Shown piece by piece: positions 21,754-35,231 of a DNA stretch of 64,000 nucleotides. The number at the start of each line of letters is the position of its first letter. Position 1 is the first letter of the stretch. Made by a program: the position numbers and the translations under genes. The notes under the pieces are model-generated. The model was not told the DNA's origin and made no database searches. It saw only the letters and a program-made list of their open reading frames with translations. The stretch is from Felis catus (taxonomy: Eukaryota), in NCBI RefSeq assembly GCF_018350175.1, contig NC_058368.1, forward strand, positions 9,734,001-9,798,000. Reading direction: 5' to 3'.

Positions 21754-24402
21754 AAGAGTTTTTTTTTTTTTTTTTAATTATTACTATTAATGGAGCAAAA
21801 TAATACAAATGAGATTAGAAGAGGAACTTCTAGAACAACAGAAGCAAAGAATGCCAAGAAGGGCAAGGGGAAGGCTGCAGAAGTAGAAGCCAGTGCCAAA
21901 GAGCGTTCCACTCAAAAATGTTCCCTAAATCTATCCAAATCTAAGAAAGGTGGCCTGAGGGAGGGAGTCCTGTGAGCCCTAAATGCAAGGGTTAGATGCT
22001 ATCTACCTCCAGGAAAGGTAATAAGAAAGAATTTACATGCATGTCTCCAAAAGCTGAACGATTTGGAGCAGACTCAAGGCAGAAGACCTGCATTTTTCTG
22101 AAGTGAGATGCCAATCGCATTACAGCTTCACACTGTAAGTTTCCAGGACAAAGAGTGGGGGGGGGGGGGGTCAAAGTCAGTCTCTGAAGGAAATGGGGAC
22201 TGTCCATCCCATTAGCCTGATATTCCAGCCCAACCCAAGTATTCTTAGTCTCAAGAGACTAAGACGCACGACTGTCACAAGCCACAGGTTCACACGCAGT
22301 GGAGAAAGAACTGACGTCAGACACGTGATGGACCTCTTTCAGGCGGAACTTCCACTCGGAAAAGTTCCTAAATTGAATTTGGATCCCTTCCCCTCCCTCT
22401 CTTTCTCTCCACTGTCTAAGAAATGGAAAGCAACAGTAACAGCAACAACCAACCAGTTATTAGCAAGATGGTAAAGGTAAGAGCATCACGGAGCTTCCTT
22501 TCTCAGGGTGAGAAGGCCACGTTGTTTGGAATGTAAGTGCCCATGGATGGGGGTTGTGGGGGCAGAAATTAATATTTATTGGGCATCTACCATCTGCTGG
22601 GCACCATACACATTTTACCGCATTATAAGGCTTACAGCAAGTCCTTGGAGTTGGTGCTACTTTCCTTGTTTTGCAGAGGAGGGAATTAAGGTTGCTTAGG
22701 GCTTGCTCAGTTGGTCTCTCTGACTCCAAAGCCACGACACCACGGGTATCTCCTATTCTCTGCTTTGGCTCTAAAATCCAACCGTCACAAAGAGATACGT
22801 TCCAAAGGTAGTACGATGACAGCTGTTAGTAGAAGTTGTGCAGCACCACCTCCTTCCAGAGTCTCTGTGCGGAGTGAGGAACCCTGTGTTCTTTGCCGGT
22901 GATGGAGGAGAACTCATGGCACAGAGAACAGATCAGAGACTCTAGCCAAGAGGGTAGTGCCCCAGCACGCTTTGCCCAAAGGTAAATGGGCCAGGTAGGC
23001 ACAGAAAACTCACTTCGTTCTTAGAATAGTTCCTCATCATTCTGGGTCCACCAGGACATAAGAACTTGGTACTGCCTCAGGGGAGCCGTGAGAGTCGGAA
23101 CTTCACTCATCTCTGCATTTGCCATTAATACCCTCTCGTGGTGCTTTCCAGCTCAGTAGCTTGGTGCCTCAACCCGATCGTTTCATCAAGGACTCCTCCC
23201 TTTCCGTAACTCCCAACAATCATCAAACCATCAAGTCCTGTGGATTCTGCCTCTTTCGTTTATGCCTCTGATCTACCCACTTCCCTCCATTTCAAAGGCC
23301 ACCCTCCTAGCCGAAGCCACGGTCTCTTGCCTGGTCTACTCGAACAATTTCTAACTATCTAATGTCTCTGGGCCTTGGCCTTAGAAAACTTCAGGTGGCT
23401 TTTCTTCTTAAGTAAATATGATAATACGATCCCGATAGATCTCTCCTTAAAACATCCCTCTGGGACTTCCCATGGTCTTCAAGAGAACGTTCAAACTCCT
23501 TAGCAGAGCATCCTAGGCCTTTCCCGGTCAGCGTCTGCCTCTCTCTCCAGCCCCACGCTCCAAGCTCCCACCATCTTGAACCACTGAGAGATCCTGGCAC
23601 AGACATGCTCCCTCGGCCACTTATAAGTCCTCTCGTTAGAATAATCCTCCACCCATCCAACTCCCACTGGCCTTTCAGCTTAGAGGTCACCGCTCCCAGA
23701 AGCCTTCCTTGACTACCCCGATCTGAGCCCATCCTGGGCGTGGCACTCCCTGCCAGGCCGCTACTCCACTCTGTGTCCCTTCCTATCACGGCACGCTCAC
23801 CCAGGCCTGCAACTGCCCATACTTCTCGTCTGTAGGTCCTTCTAAGGCAGGCTGTGCGGTACTCACCTTTTCCCCCAGCATTTAGCCTGGAGCCCGGCCT
23901 GTAGGAGCCACTCAATTCACGGGCAAAGGCTCACATACGACAGAGTGGAGGAAGTCGTGAAGAGATGGGAGTCTAATCATGACTTTGCCACCAACCACTG
24001 TAGAACCTGCTACTAAAACCCATGCTAAAATGAAATGCTGTTTTCCCATCCTTCAAGAAGGATCTTCACCTCGTCCCTCACTCACCGTCCCCCACCACCT
24101 GCTATTCTCTCCCAGGGATCAGGAGGAGTATGAGAGTTTACGGTTTTGATTTGTTTTCTTTTTTTTTTCCTTCAGCATTAAAAAAAAAAAATGACACGCA
24201 CTCCTCAGTGCCACCTTCAATTCTGTGGATGATCCTCCTGCACGGTGACGAAGAAGCAGGGGGATAAACGGCCAGAAGATCTCCCAAAGCTCTGTGAATG
24301 TGCAAAGAGTGGGAGACAGGTATTCACGTGGCAAAGTACTCTTCGCTTTACTAGGCATTTGGGCAAAAAGAGCTCACATGTCCTTAGAAGACGAGGGACT
24401 GT

Positions 24403-24629
24403 GGGGCGCCTGGGTGGCGCAGTCGGTTAAGCGTCCGACTTCAGCCAGGTCACGATCTCATGGTCCAGGAGTTCGAGCCCCGCGTCGGGCTCTGGGCTGA
24501 TGGCTCAGAGCCTGGAGGCTGTTTCCGATTTTGTGTCTCCCTCTCTCTCTGCCCCTCTCCCGTTCATGCTCTGTCTCTCTCTGTCCCAAAAATAAATAAA
24601 CGTTGAAAAAAAAATTAAAAAAAAAAAAA
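24403..24629 (+). mobile_element. Young feline SINEC_Fc
   Basis: TSD agaagaYgagggactgt(g). Confidence 0.95.
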
Positions 24630-25152
24630 GAAGATGAGGGACTGTGAGCTCCTGTTTATAGTACAGGAAAGGCATCCTGGGAGACATCGTGGCCAGGCCC
24701 CCAAAAGGCACCAACTCGGCGGGTTGCCTGCCATCACAAAGCCACCAGACCGGAGTGTCACGAAGAAACAAAAGGGGAGACACCGTCATCCTGCCCGGGG
24801 TAGGTACTGCTTTCTTCAGAGCCGGGGTGTCCCCTAGACGTGGGTAGCAGAGACAACGGAGCCCCTTGAGACTTTCTAAAGAAAAGCAGACTTACGAAGA
24901 AGAAAAACAAGACAGGACGTCTGCAATCGGTAAACACTGAAGAAAAAGGAGGAGGATGAAAAAGCGAGTGCAGTCGTGAAGAGACCGAATGGGGGGGGGG
25001 GGGACCTGTAAGACTGGAAATAGCATTGCTCCTCCAAGTTTGACCGAAGTAATTTAGGGACAATTGTGGGGGACATACTATCTTATGGTAGCATTTTAGA
25101 TGTCCAGTTACTCTACTGCTAAGGAGCAGTTTAAAGAAGACTCCTGCAATTG

Positions 25153-25376
25153 TTTTTTTTTTTTTTAAGTTTATTTATTTATTTTTGAGAGAGAGCACGT
25201 GAGCAGGGGAGGGGCAGAGGGAGAGGGAGAGAGAGAGGATCCCAGGGCAGGCTTTGCACTGTCAGCGTGGAGCCCCACGGATGGGGGGGGGGTGGCCTCG
25301 AACTCACAAACCATATCATGACCTGGGCCCAAATCAAGTGTCAGACGCTGAACCGACTGAGCCACCCAGGAGCCCC
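25153..25376 (-). mobile_element. Older CanSINE
   Basis: Reverse-strand SINE body; flanks share aagactc. Confidence 0.85.
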
Positions 25377-26372
25377 AAGACTCGTGGAACTCTAGAACCC
25401 GGTTATTATCACTTCCAGCTGCCCCTTCAACCCCCCGTCCATGCTTCAGATGAAGGAAGCAGGCTCAGGAAACTCGGAACGCGGCCTTACTGGAGGTCAC
25501 CCATCACCGTATGGCAGGGCTACAGACTGAACGCGGGACTTCTCACTCCTAGTCTAATTAATGCTCCTTCCTTTAGATTATTTAATCTAAAGACCCTGCG
25601 ACAGACGACTGAGACCCCAAATAGAAAATCTGGAGACAAGGCCGGATAAATAACACGGTGAAGGAAAGCCAGGAGGTTGTCTGGTAACCGGGAAAGCCTG
25701 AGGCCGACGTGGGAAAGAGCAACACTGTTTTCTCACAACACGGCCCTTTATGCCGCTGTCAGAGGCAGGAGATTGGCCGGGATGATGTGCAGCCCCCAAC
25801 CGATGTGCGTTTCTTACTCCCAGCACCTACTCCCTGGGCTCCAGCGATCCGGCCTGTCCACGGGAGCACAGCGTCGGCCGCTTCACCGTGCTACATTCCC
25901 TTCAAGGTTGGATGTTCAAGCCAACGGCAGCCATTCTAGGAATGCTGAGGTCAATGGAATTCTACCAACACTTGCGGGGTGGGGAGGGGAGACAGCTGCC
26001 AGTGGCAGTGGCACGGAGGATGGGAGGGCTGTCCATCCCAGAAGATTCTGCTGGGAGTCTGGGAGTCAGAACGCTTAGCACCCAGGGAGACGGCGACTGG
26101 GAAATATCTTAAGTATTCCAGTCCTCCCCTCTTGGCACTGCAGAGGCAAGAGGGTATAAAGCAGAGGAACCTGTCGGACGGGACCGTCAAGGCCGCCCGC
26201 CCGCTGGCTGGCTTGTCGTTGGAGGCCTCCACCTGCTAGAAGAGGCCTGAGCTTGGGCTGGAGAGACCTGCGTGAACAGGATGCCAGTGGCCAAGATCTC
26301 CAAGAGGTGCTGGGAAACGCTCCCTGAGAACGCACGCAGCTTGAGCCTCGCGTGCTGGGCTGGGGCGGCGGA

Positions 26373-26444
26373 CACAAATGCCTCAACGACATCATCACAA
26401 ATGCCTCAACGACATCATCACAAATGCCTCAAGGACATCATCAC
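26373..26444. repeat. 23-bp tandem repeat, about 3.1 copies
   Basis: cacaaatgcctcaa(c/g)gacatcat at 26373, 26396 and 26419; one mismatch. Confidence 0.95.
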
Positions 26445-28202
26445 GGGTAGGAAAGGGAGCTGCTCAGACAGACACGCGCGGCTGCAGAGGCGCGCGGCTG
26501 AGGGGTCAAATTCCAGAAGTTTGGCCCCGGAGGGAAACCGAGCTCAGTTTCCTTCACGCTGGTCCCCTTTCCTCCGGCTCCCTTTCTTTTAATGGGAAAG
26601 ATGGTTGCAGTGGGCAGGAAGAAGGGCCAGGAGGATCGTGGTAGGGAGAGATGTGAGCCTGGAGTCGGAAGAACAGAGATCAGTGCAGGTGAGTGCGGAG
26701 TGTGTGTGCGAGCCTGGTTTGGGGAGAGGTCTTGGTGTCCCTCCCTCCCTCCGACACCTTGCAGAATGAGGAAGTGGCTGTTTTCAACTGCCAACAACAT
26801 CTATGTGCTAACAGCCTAGCCCCACGGTGGCCAGGGTCTGAGTTCCGCGCCCGGGGAGTTTTGCGTTGAGCGCTTCGCCTGGCGTCTTCATCTCCCAGGA
26901 GGGGGATGGAGTATTTAGCCCAGAGCAGACCACAGGAGACGGCTTTGTTGGACACCCTTCTGGAAGTGGTGACCAAATAGGATGCTGTTTCCCACGTTTT
27001 CTTCAGGAAGGGGCTGGGGCTCATTTGTACGTACGCAGAAATGTGCAGGAAAGAGAAGTATTTGAACCGAATTCTGACTTGGTGATTCTGACCCACCTAC
27101 ACCTAAACTTCACATAACCCAGCATCGAAGGCATACAGTATTTATCATTTCATTGTAAGGGAGAGGCTAAATGACTCCCCCCACCCCTCCTTACCACTCT
27201 CCTTCCCGTTCAGAAAGCTGCCATATCTAGTTTACAGTCTAAAAAAGGTTGCATCACATTTGGTATTCCTTAAAAGGGGAGAGGAAAAAAAAATTATTAA
27301 AAAGCGAAGAAAAACAGTGCTGCTTGCTTAGAAAATAAGATGTATGAACCCTGAAGAATGGGAAAACACCAGCTACTATGGCAGAGAGAAGACATTTTGC
27401 CAAATTTAGAACCCACTTGAAAATCACGGGTTCTAAGTTTAGAACTGAACTAAAAAACTTGAGTTCGCATTGCATTTGGCATTGGTTAAAAAAAAAAATC
27501 TAAGATACTAATTAAAGGGGAAAAATTTGTACTCTTAGTAGTTCTAAACGCTGGGAATTATTTTCAAACACATTCTTTATTGGCTCGATGGAGGGGCCTG
27601 CATTTAGAAAAAAAAACCCATTTTTTACCTAATTAAATTTTCCTTACAAAATAATGATTTAAAACGGAGGGGGGGGGGAAAACCCATGTTGCCAAAGTCT
27701 TTAAAGAGTTACAGAATTGTTGTGTAACCTTTGGACCCCACCAAATATACCAGGTGGTCATACAAACTTGATGTTTATATATTAAACGGTGTCTAGAATG
27801 GAAGTAATTACATCCTATTCCTGGCAAATTTTAAATAATAAAACTGCACCTGGAAACTATCATTCTAAACAAAACAAACCAAACTATTACCAGTATTAGT
27901 TTTGTTTTCTAATTTAGATGCTAAGATACAATTATTACAACATCATTAAGAAATGGGTCGAAGTCGCCATGGAGATAACTGTGATTCAAGGGAGCTGACG
28001 ACTTTTGCAATTATAGAAACTCAACCTCCATACCCCTAGCATATATTTATTATATACACCACACATATATAATGGCTTGAGAAGAGGAGTCTTACTACAT
28101 TTTTGAGTGTCTTTAAAGGAACAGGCTTAGCAGGTGGTGGATCTGACCCTCTTCAGAAGATCATTAACAGTTCAAAACCCTGTAACTTTAATTTCCGGGC
28201 AC

Positions 28203-28443
28203 TTTTTTTTTTTTTTTTTTTTTTGCACTTTAAAATTTTATTGATTTATTTATTTTGAGAGAGGCAGAGACAGTGCAAGTGGGGCTGGGGCAGAGAGAGG
28301 GAAACAGAATCCCAAGCAGGCTCCACAGTGTCAGCACAGAGTCTGATGCCTGAATGCGGGGCGGGGCTCGAACCCACAAAACGGGGAAATCATGACCTGA
28401 GCCGAACCAAGATGCTTAACCGACTGAGCCACCCAGGGGTCCC
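28203..28443 (-). mobile_element. CanSINE
   Basis: Long T-tail and reverse SINE body. Confidence 0.88.
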
Positions 28444-28625
28444 TTCCAGGTTCTTTCAAAAACTCTTGTTGAAGGATATAAGATTAATTCCTGGGTTGAC
28501 TGATTTTTTTTTTTCCTACCAAAAAGATGTAACTGAATTCATGGAAAGAGGGTCAGAATTTAAAGTGTGAGAGCAAAACCAAAACAAAACAAAAGAAAAA
28601 GCAAAACAAAACAAAACACACTGCC

Positions 28626-28837
28626 GGGCCGCCTGGGTCGCTCAGTCGGTTGAGCGCCTGGCTTCAGCTCGGGTCATGATCTCACAGTTCATGAGTTCGA
28701 GCCCCGCATCTGTGCTGATGGCTCGGAGCCTGGAGTTGCTTCAGATTCTATGTCTCCCTCTCTCTCTGCCCCTCTACCGCTCACACTCTGACTCTCTCTC
28801 TCTCGAAAATAAACATTAAAAAAAATAAAAAAAAAAA
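28626..28837 (+). mobile_element. CanSINE (SINEC_Fc)
   Basis: Flanks share acactgc. Confidence 0.9.
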
Positions 28838-29071
28838 CACTGCTGGTAGAAGTAGAAAAGGATTTGTCTAGAATATATTTCTAAATTTACTTGTCATTAA
28901 ATAAGCATAGTGAAGCAATCATTATGTCCCGATCCTAACCACATAGTGGCTCTCATTAAGAGAGGGGAGAGAGGTTAACATTTCTAAGGTGTGTGCCCAA
29001 ATCAAATGCAAATTCTGGACCCCTGGGCCCCATGCTTCTGAATACACATTCTTCAACATATTCCTCTATCC

Positions 29072-29302
29072 TTTTATTTATTTAAAAAAAAATTTTTTTT
29101 AACGTTTATTTATTTTTGAGACAGAGAGAGACAGAGCATGAACGGGGGAGGGGCAGAGAGAGAGGGAGACACAGAATTGGAAACAGGCTCCGGGCTCTGA
29201 GCCATCAGCCCAGAGCCCGACACGGGGCTCGAACTCACGGACCACGAGATCGTGACCTGGCTGAAGTCGGACGCTTAACCGACTGCGCCACCCAGGCGCC
29301 CC
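29072..29302 (-). mobile_element. Young feline SINEC_Fc
   Basis: TSD ttcctctatcctttt. Confidence 0.95.
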
Positions 29303-29821
29303 TTCCTCTATCCTTTTAAATGACCCACTAAAATTGAGTTTCATATTTAGTTTCTTCTACTCTTACATCCTCCATATTGCTCTCATATTTATTTCAAAGT
29401 CTTATTTACAATAAATTGGACTAGTTTCCTTCTTTTCTCAGGCCATCTACACCAATGCCAGGGAAACAGGGCCAGTGATCCGGTGCCCTGACACACGACT
29501 TCTTGTGACATGAGGAATAAGAAAAGGCTGGGTACTTTGCCAACGTCCAGATTCCTGATTATCTTTGCAGAGAAAGTTCCCAGATCCTTAAGCTGTCTTC
29601 AGGCATGTCCAGCTCTTTAGCCTGTAAATCTGTCCACAGAAATAATACACAGATAAGTTTAGCGCTGTAAACAATTAGGTCTCCAAAGAGTTTGTGACAT
29701 GGTGTATTTGACCAAGTCTAGATTCACGTTTTCATATTTCCCTTTGCCTTATTGTTGTGGGTCTTGCCTCTAATGCTAGCCCGTAAGAAACATGCATTTC
29801 AATCAAGAATTTAAGAGTCTT

Positions 29822-30047
29822 GGGGTGCCTGGGTGGCTCAGTCGGGTAAGCCTCTGACTTCAGCTCAGGTCATGATCTCATGGTCCGTGGGTTCGAGCCC
29901 CGCGTTGGGCTCTGTGCTGACATCTTGGAGCCTGGAGCCTGCTTTGGATTTTGTGACTCCCTCTCTCTGCCCTTCCCCAACTCATGCTCTGTCTCTCTGT
30001 CTTTCTCTCTCAAAAATAAGTACACATTTACAAAAATTAAAAACAAA
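29822..30047 (+). mobile_element. CanSINE (SINEC_Fc)
   Basis: TSD aagaatttaaga. Confidence 0.92.
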
Positions 30048-30189
30048 AGAATTTAAGAAACGACAAGCAAACTTGACAGAGGTAAAGAAAGATGCTTTCT
30101 CCAGGGGCTGGGCAGAGATGCACGGCTAATACTCAGCAAAAAATATCTCTCTAATTCCCAATTTCAAACACCTCATTAGATGCCTCCAC

Positions 30190-31210
30190 CTGGAACAGAA
30201 GAGAGACTCCAGAAACAGACTCACACATAAATGGTCAACTGATTTACAACAAAGGTGGTAAGACAATTCAATGGGGGAGAGGAAGATCTTTTCAACAAAT
30301 TCTGCCAGGTAACTACACGGCCATATTGAGGGGGGAGGGGAGGATGAACACGGACCCTGACTTCACACTATACAGAGAAATTAACTAAAAACTAATGATA
30401 GACCTCCATGCAAAACCTCAAACTAAATGGCGGGCTACACGGAGGAGAAAACCTATTCAATATTGAAGGAGACAAAAATGTCTTGGTACATAAAAACAAG
30501 TTTTCGTAAACAAGAAAACTTGATAAACTGACCTTTATCAGAATTTTAAATAAAAAGCTGACAATACCAAGTGCTGATAAAGATACGGAACACCTGCTGG
30601 TGAGAATGTAAAATAGCACAAACACTTGGGAAAAACTAACAGTTTCTTAAAAAGTGAAAGGTATGCCTCCCATTCAACCAAGTCACATCTACTGCTGGGT
30701 AGGGAAATGGGATGTCCACTCAAAGACATTATAGGAATGTTCACTTAGCTTGATTTGTTAATAAAGACTGGAAACAAACCAAATGCCCGATGACAGACAG
30801 GTGCATGCATAAATCAGTTGTGTGTACCCGTACGGTAGATTATCAGTCGGTAATAAAAAGGACTGAATTACAGATACAGGCAACAATACGATGGTTGTCA
30901 AAATCGTCACGCTAAGTGAAATAAGTCAGACACACACGCACACAAACAGGTACGTTGTTGTATGACTGATTCCATTTATATAAAATTGCAAAAAATGCCA
31001 ACTCATTTATAAGTGGCAGAAAGCAGATCAGTCATTGCCTGGGGCAGGAATGGAAGAGGGTCAGGGGGACCAGAAGACTTTTGGGATGGTAGAAACGTTC
31101 AGCACCTTGCTTGTGATGGACACGTGGGTACGTGCATTTGTCTAAAGTCTGAATTGTACCGTTTAAGATGCAATTTACATTGTATACAACTCCATAAGGT
31201 TATTTTACAA
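30190..31210 (+). mobile_element. Old fragmented L1 (L1MC/ME-like) ORF2 3' part and 3'UTR
   Basis: ccagaaacagactcacacataaatggtcaactgattt...caaaggt; ctggaaacaaaccaaatgccc; gaaagcagatcagtcattgcctgggg. Confidence 0.8.
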
Positions 31211-31222
31211 ATCTCCAACTGA

Positions 31223-31399
31223 GGGGCTCCTGGGTGGCTCAGTCAGTTGAGCGTCCGTCTTCGGCTCAGGTCATGATCTCGAGGTTTGTGAGTTCGAGCC
31301 CCACATCGGGCTCGCTGCTGTCAGTGCAGAGCCCGCTTCAGATTCTCTGTCTCCCTCTCTCTGCCCCTCCCCCCCCCTCAAAGAGAAAAAAAAATTAAA
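31223..31399 (+). mobile_element. CanSINE
   Basis: TSD aaatctccaactga. Confidence 0.92.
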
Positions 31400-31649
31400 A
31401 ATCTCCAACTGAATGTTCTTTAGGCCACTCAAATGTCACATTTCTAAAACCAAGTTCATGAGCTCCTTCCAAGTCTGTTTCTCTCTCTCTCTCTCTCTTT
31501 TTTTTTTTGGTTAATACTCTCTTGACTAATGGCATCCTCTACCCAGTAGCTAGGCTAGACAGCCTGGCAACCACGTTCACTCCTCCTTCACACCTTTACT
31601 GTCCTTCTCGAATTTACTTCCTTAAAAAAAAAACCTCAGAACAGTGTAT

Positions 31650-32315
31650 TTTAAAAATTGCGTATAACATAAAATTGACCATTTAAGCCATTTAAAAATG
31701 TACAGTTCGGTGACACTAAGGACACTCACAGTGTTATGCAGCCATCATCACCATCTAGCTCCATAGCTTTCGGATCTCCCCAAACTGAAACCCTGTCCTC
31801 ATCAAACAAGAAGTCCCCATTCCCATCCCTCCCCAGCCCCTGGCAACCACCACCCTCCTTTCTGTCTCTATGAATTTGACTCCTCACGGTACTTTTATAA
31901 CTGGACTCACACAATAGTTGTCCTTTGTAACACTGGCTTTATTTTACCTATTTTACAACATTCCTCTACGTCCTAGCATGTATCAAAATTTCTTTCCTTG
32001 GGGTGCCTGGGCGGCTTAGCCAGTTAAGCATCTGACTTCGGCTCAGGTGATGATCTCACGGTTCGGGAGTCTGAGCCCCGTGTCGGGCTCTGGGCTGACA
32101 GCTCAGAGCCTGGAGCCTGCTTCGGATTCTGCGTCTCCCTCTCTTTGTGCCCCTCTCCTGCTCCCGTTATGTCTCTCTCTCTCTCTCTCAAAATAAAATA
32201 AACATTAAAAAAATTTTTTTAACTAAAAAATTTCTTTCCTTTTTAAGGCTATGTAATATTCCAATGCATGTATACACAGCAGAGGCTGTTGAACCATCCA
32301 TCTGTTGATGGAAAG
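31650..32315 (-). mobile_element. Old L1 3' end, interrupted by a plus-strand SINE (32000-32225)
   Basis: cccagcccctggcaaccacc...ctttctgtctctatgaatttgact; SINE TSD aaaatttctttcctt. Confidence 0.85.
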
Positions 32316-34705
32316 TCAGGGCATCTACAACTCTGAACGCCCATGGCTACTACCCCAGCTTAGGGTCTCACCATCTCTTGCCCGGATTATTTTAGCAGTC
32401 TGTTAACTGGCCATCCTTGCCACCTTCGCTCACGCATCTTCTCACCTGCTGCCAATCTCGTTTTGCTATAGCAACGATCCTGTCCCTCCACTACCCAAAA
32501 GACCTTTGCGCACAATTTCAAACTAAAATGGAAGCAAATGCCTCATGCTGTTCTGAAATTTGTTTTTGCCCCATTCCACTTTTGAACAACTCTGATTAGT
32601 AGAAATGTTCTTATTTTAATCCAGTATGTATTTCCTTACCAGTTCGGCCCATTGCTCCTAGTTCTGGCCTCCAGAGGAACGCCAAATAACACTTCCCTGT
32701 TCAACACGGTGGACGACCCGTGAGATACCTGAAGATAGCCTGAGGGCCTTCTTTATCCAGGCCTTGGCTCATTCCTCAGATAACACGGTGGCCCTGGCTA
32801 TTCCTCGCTGATCGTGACCCATGTTGCTCAGTGTCCCTCTCAAAATGGGCCGCCTAAGACAATATAATCCTACCGATGGAAGGTGGACCACCATCTCCTT
32901 TCTGCCGCTGCTCTATTACAACAGTTCAGCCTAACGTGCCATTGACAATTTTTACCTCCAAAGCTGATAATATATTAACCTACAGCGAATTCGAACATTT
33001 GGGTGGGTTTTGCTTTTTTTTTTTCCCAAAATAAATTTTGATGATCCCAGGGGGCACCTGAAGAATGGAGTGGGAAAACTGTGTCCTCACCAGTTTTGCC
33101 TCTTTATTAAATGTCGATGGCTCCTGCTAGCAAATGCAGGCTCCTGCCTCAGCCACTCCTCCCTTCGGGCCTCCTATCGGTTACTTACCAAACTCTAGAC
33201 CCTAGGAAAGTAACTGCCTTTTCAACAATCTGCCAAGACCCACAATCGAACACATGGGCCTCCTCCACGCACCGTCAGTGCTATCCCTGATAGCTACTGG
33301 GCGCTTGCAGCAAGTGATTAGAAGCAGACATTGTTGGCAATGGCCACGAAACACACACATCCAGGAAATGCATTTATGCAAAATACCTGCCAGATCAGAC
33401 ACGGAGCCTCAAATAAAAGCCTTACCAAAAAATGTGGAGGGGAATGGACCAAAAAGCCCGTCTCCCAGCTTGCTTTCTCTGGGTAGCTCAAAAGCTAAGC
33501 TATGGGGGGGAGAAGATTCTTTGGGAGCATTGCAGCTGTTTCTTGGATTTTCAAAAGTAAAGTACCAACATATTCAACGGGCGAAAAGAAGCACTGCTTT
33601 TCCAGGCAATTTTCTTCGAAACTTTGAGTCATTTAAGAGGAAAAGACAATTGAATGTGTTTTGGCACTTTTGTTCTTTACGGTCAACTTCAGGCTGACGG
33701 TCATTTGCACACCCTCCTCCCCCCCCCCCCCCCCCCCCCCCCGCCAATATGCTCATCGTTCCCAGGGTCTCACATGACGTGTCTTTTCTACTCTTAGAAG
33801 TTCAGTGCTAATATTCCTCCAGACAGGAAAACCATCCCCTTCGCTCTTCGGCCCTCCTTCCCTTCAATCCTAGAGACAGACCGTAAGGTCCTCAGTCTCC
33901 TCTTCTTCTTCCAAAATTATCCCTTAACAGTTTCCATGGGCTCTTTTCTCTTCCCCCTTACATATAACCAGGACTCTCCAATGTGGAAGATGTATCTCAA
34001 TCCAAAACCACTGCACGAACCCATCTCTCTCCCTCTCTCTCTCTCTCTTTTCACGTGCAGAACACCTCGAATGATTATCCAACATTTATTCCCACCCCGG
34101 ATTCAGCACGTACTCCGTTTTCACTAACCCACAAAAATATATTTCCTAAGGTGAATAAGGACCTTTGGTTGGACCAATTCAATGGCTTTTTGGAATTTGT
34201 CTTCTCATATACTTTTGCTTTTCCTGTTAGGATCCAGCAGGATTGGGAGAGCCTTGAGAGGAGTAATAGCTGCTGGGGGTATGAGGGAGATTGAAGGGTC
34301 TGTTTTCCTCTGAAAATCATCATTATTCACTCTATTCCCCATAGGGTTCCCCCACTTTCCAAGTCTAGTTATAGAGCAGGATACCATTCCAATACTTCTT
34401 GCCCCAAATACCACGAATCTAGAAAAGTTTTTTAGAGCAGGAAACCAGCAAATTCTTTGTTTTGAAGATGGGGGTCAGTAATCACCCAACCCCTTCCCTG
34501 CCCCACTAACTTAACTGAGTGACAGCTGTGGTTAGGTCTGTGATGGGCCCGCTGAATCTCTCACCTGTAGATTGGATGGTTCTGGACTAGCACATCTCTG
34601 GATCATCAGTTCAAGGATTGCTGCTCTCACCCATCCTTGACCCTCAATCCAGTGACTTCTCCAGTTTCCTTTTTTTGAACTGTGTTTCTCTCTGTATTGT
34701 TCTTC

Positions 34706-35231
34706 TTTTTTTTTTTTTTAATGTTTATTTGTTTTTGAGAGACAGAGAGAGACAGAGCACGGGTGGGAGAGGGACAGAGAGAGAAGGAGACACAGAATCC
34801 GAAGCAGGCTCCAGGCTCCGAGCTGTCAGGACAGAGCCTGACGCGGGGCTCAAACTCACGAACTGCAAGATCATGACCTGAGCCAAAGTCGGATGCTTAA
34901 CCGACTGAGCCACTCAGGTGCCCCTGTATCACTGCGTTTCAGGCAACCTTGTAGCCTGTCCCAACGCTCTTTCCATGATCATAAACATTCCCCAAACCAC
35001 TTTTATTTATTTAAAAAAGATTTTTTTTTTAACGTGTATTCATTTTTGAGAGACAGAGTGCAAACAGGAGTGGGTGGGGCAGAGAGAGAGAGAGGGAGAC
35101 ACAGAATTTGAAGCAGGCTCCAGGCTCTGAGCTGTCAGCACAGAGCCCAACGCAGGGCTCAAACTCACAAGCTGTGAGATCATGACCTGAGCCAAGTCAG
35201 ATGCTTAACAGACTGAGCCCTCCAGGCGCCC
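34706..35231 (-). mobile_element. Two tandem CanSINEs (34706-34924 and 35001-35231)
   Basis: Both reverse-strand; second has TSD caaaccactttt. Confidence 0.9.

Noticed and set aside
23391..23915. 174-aa minus-strand ORF
   Set aside because: Lies over a decayed L2-like pyrimidine-rich relic; no protein family recognisable.
26373..26444. CRISPR-like array
   Set aside because: Head-to-tail tandem copies with no spacers, in mammalian DNA.
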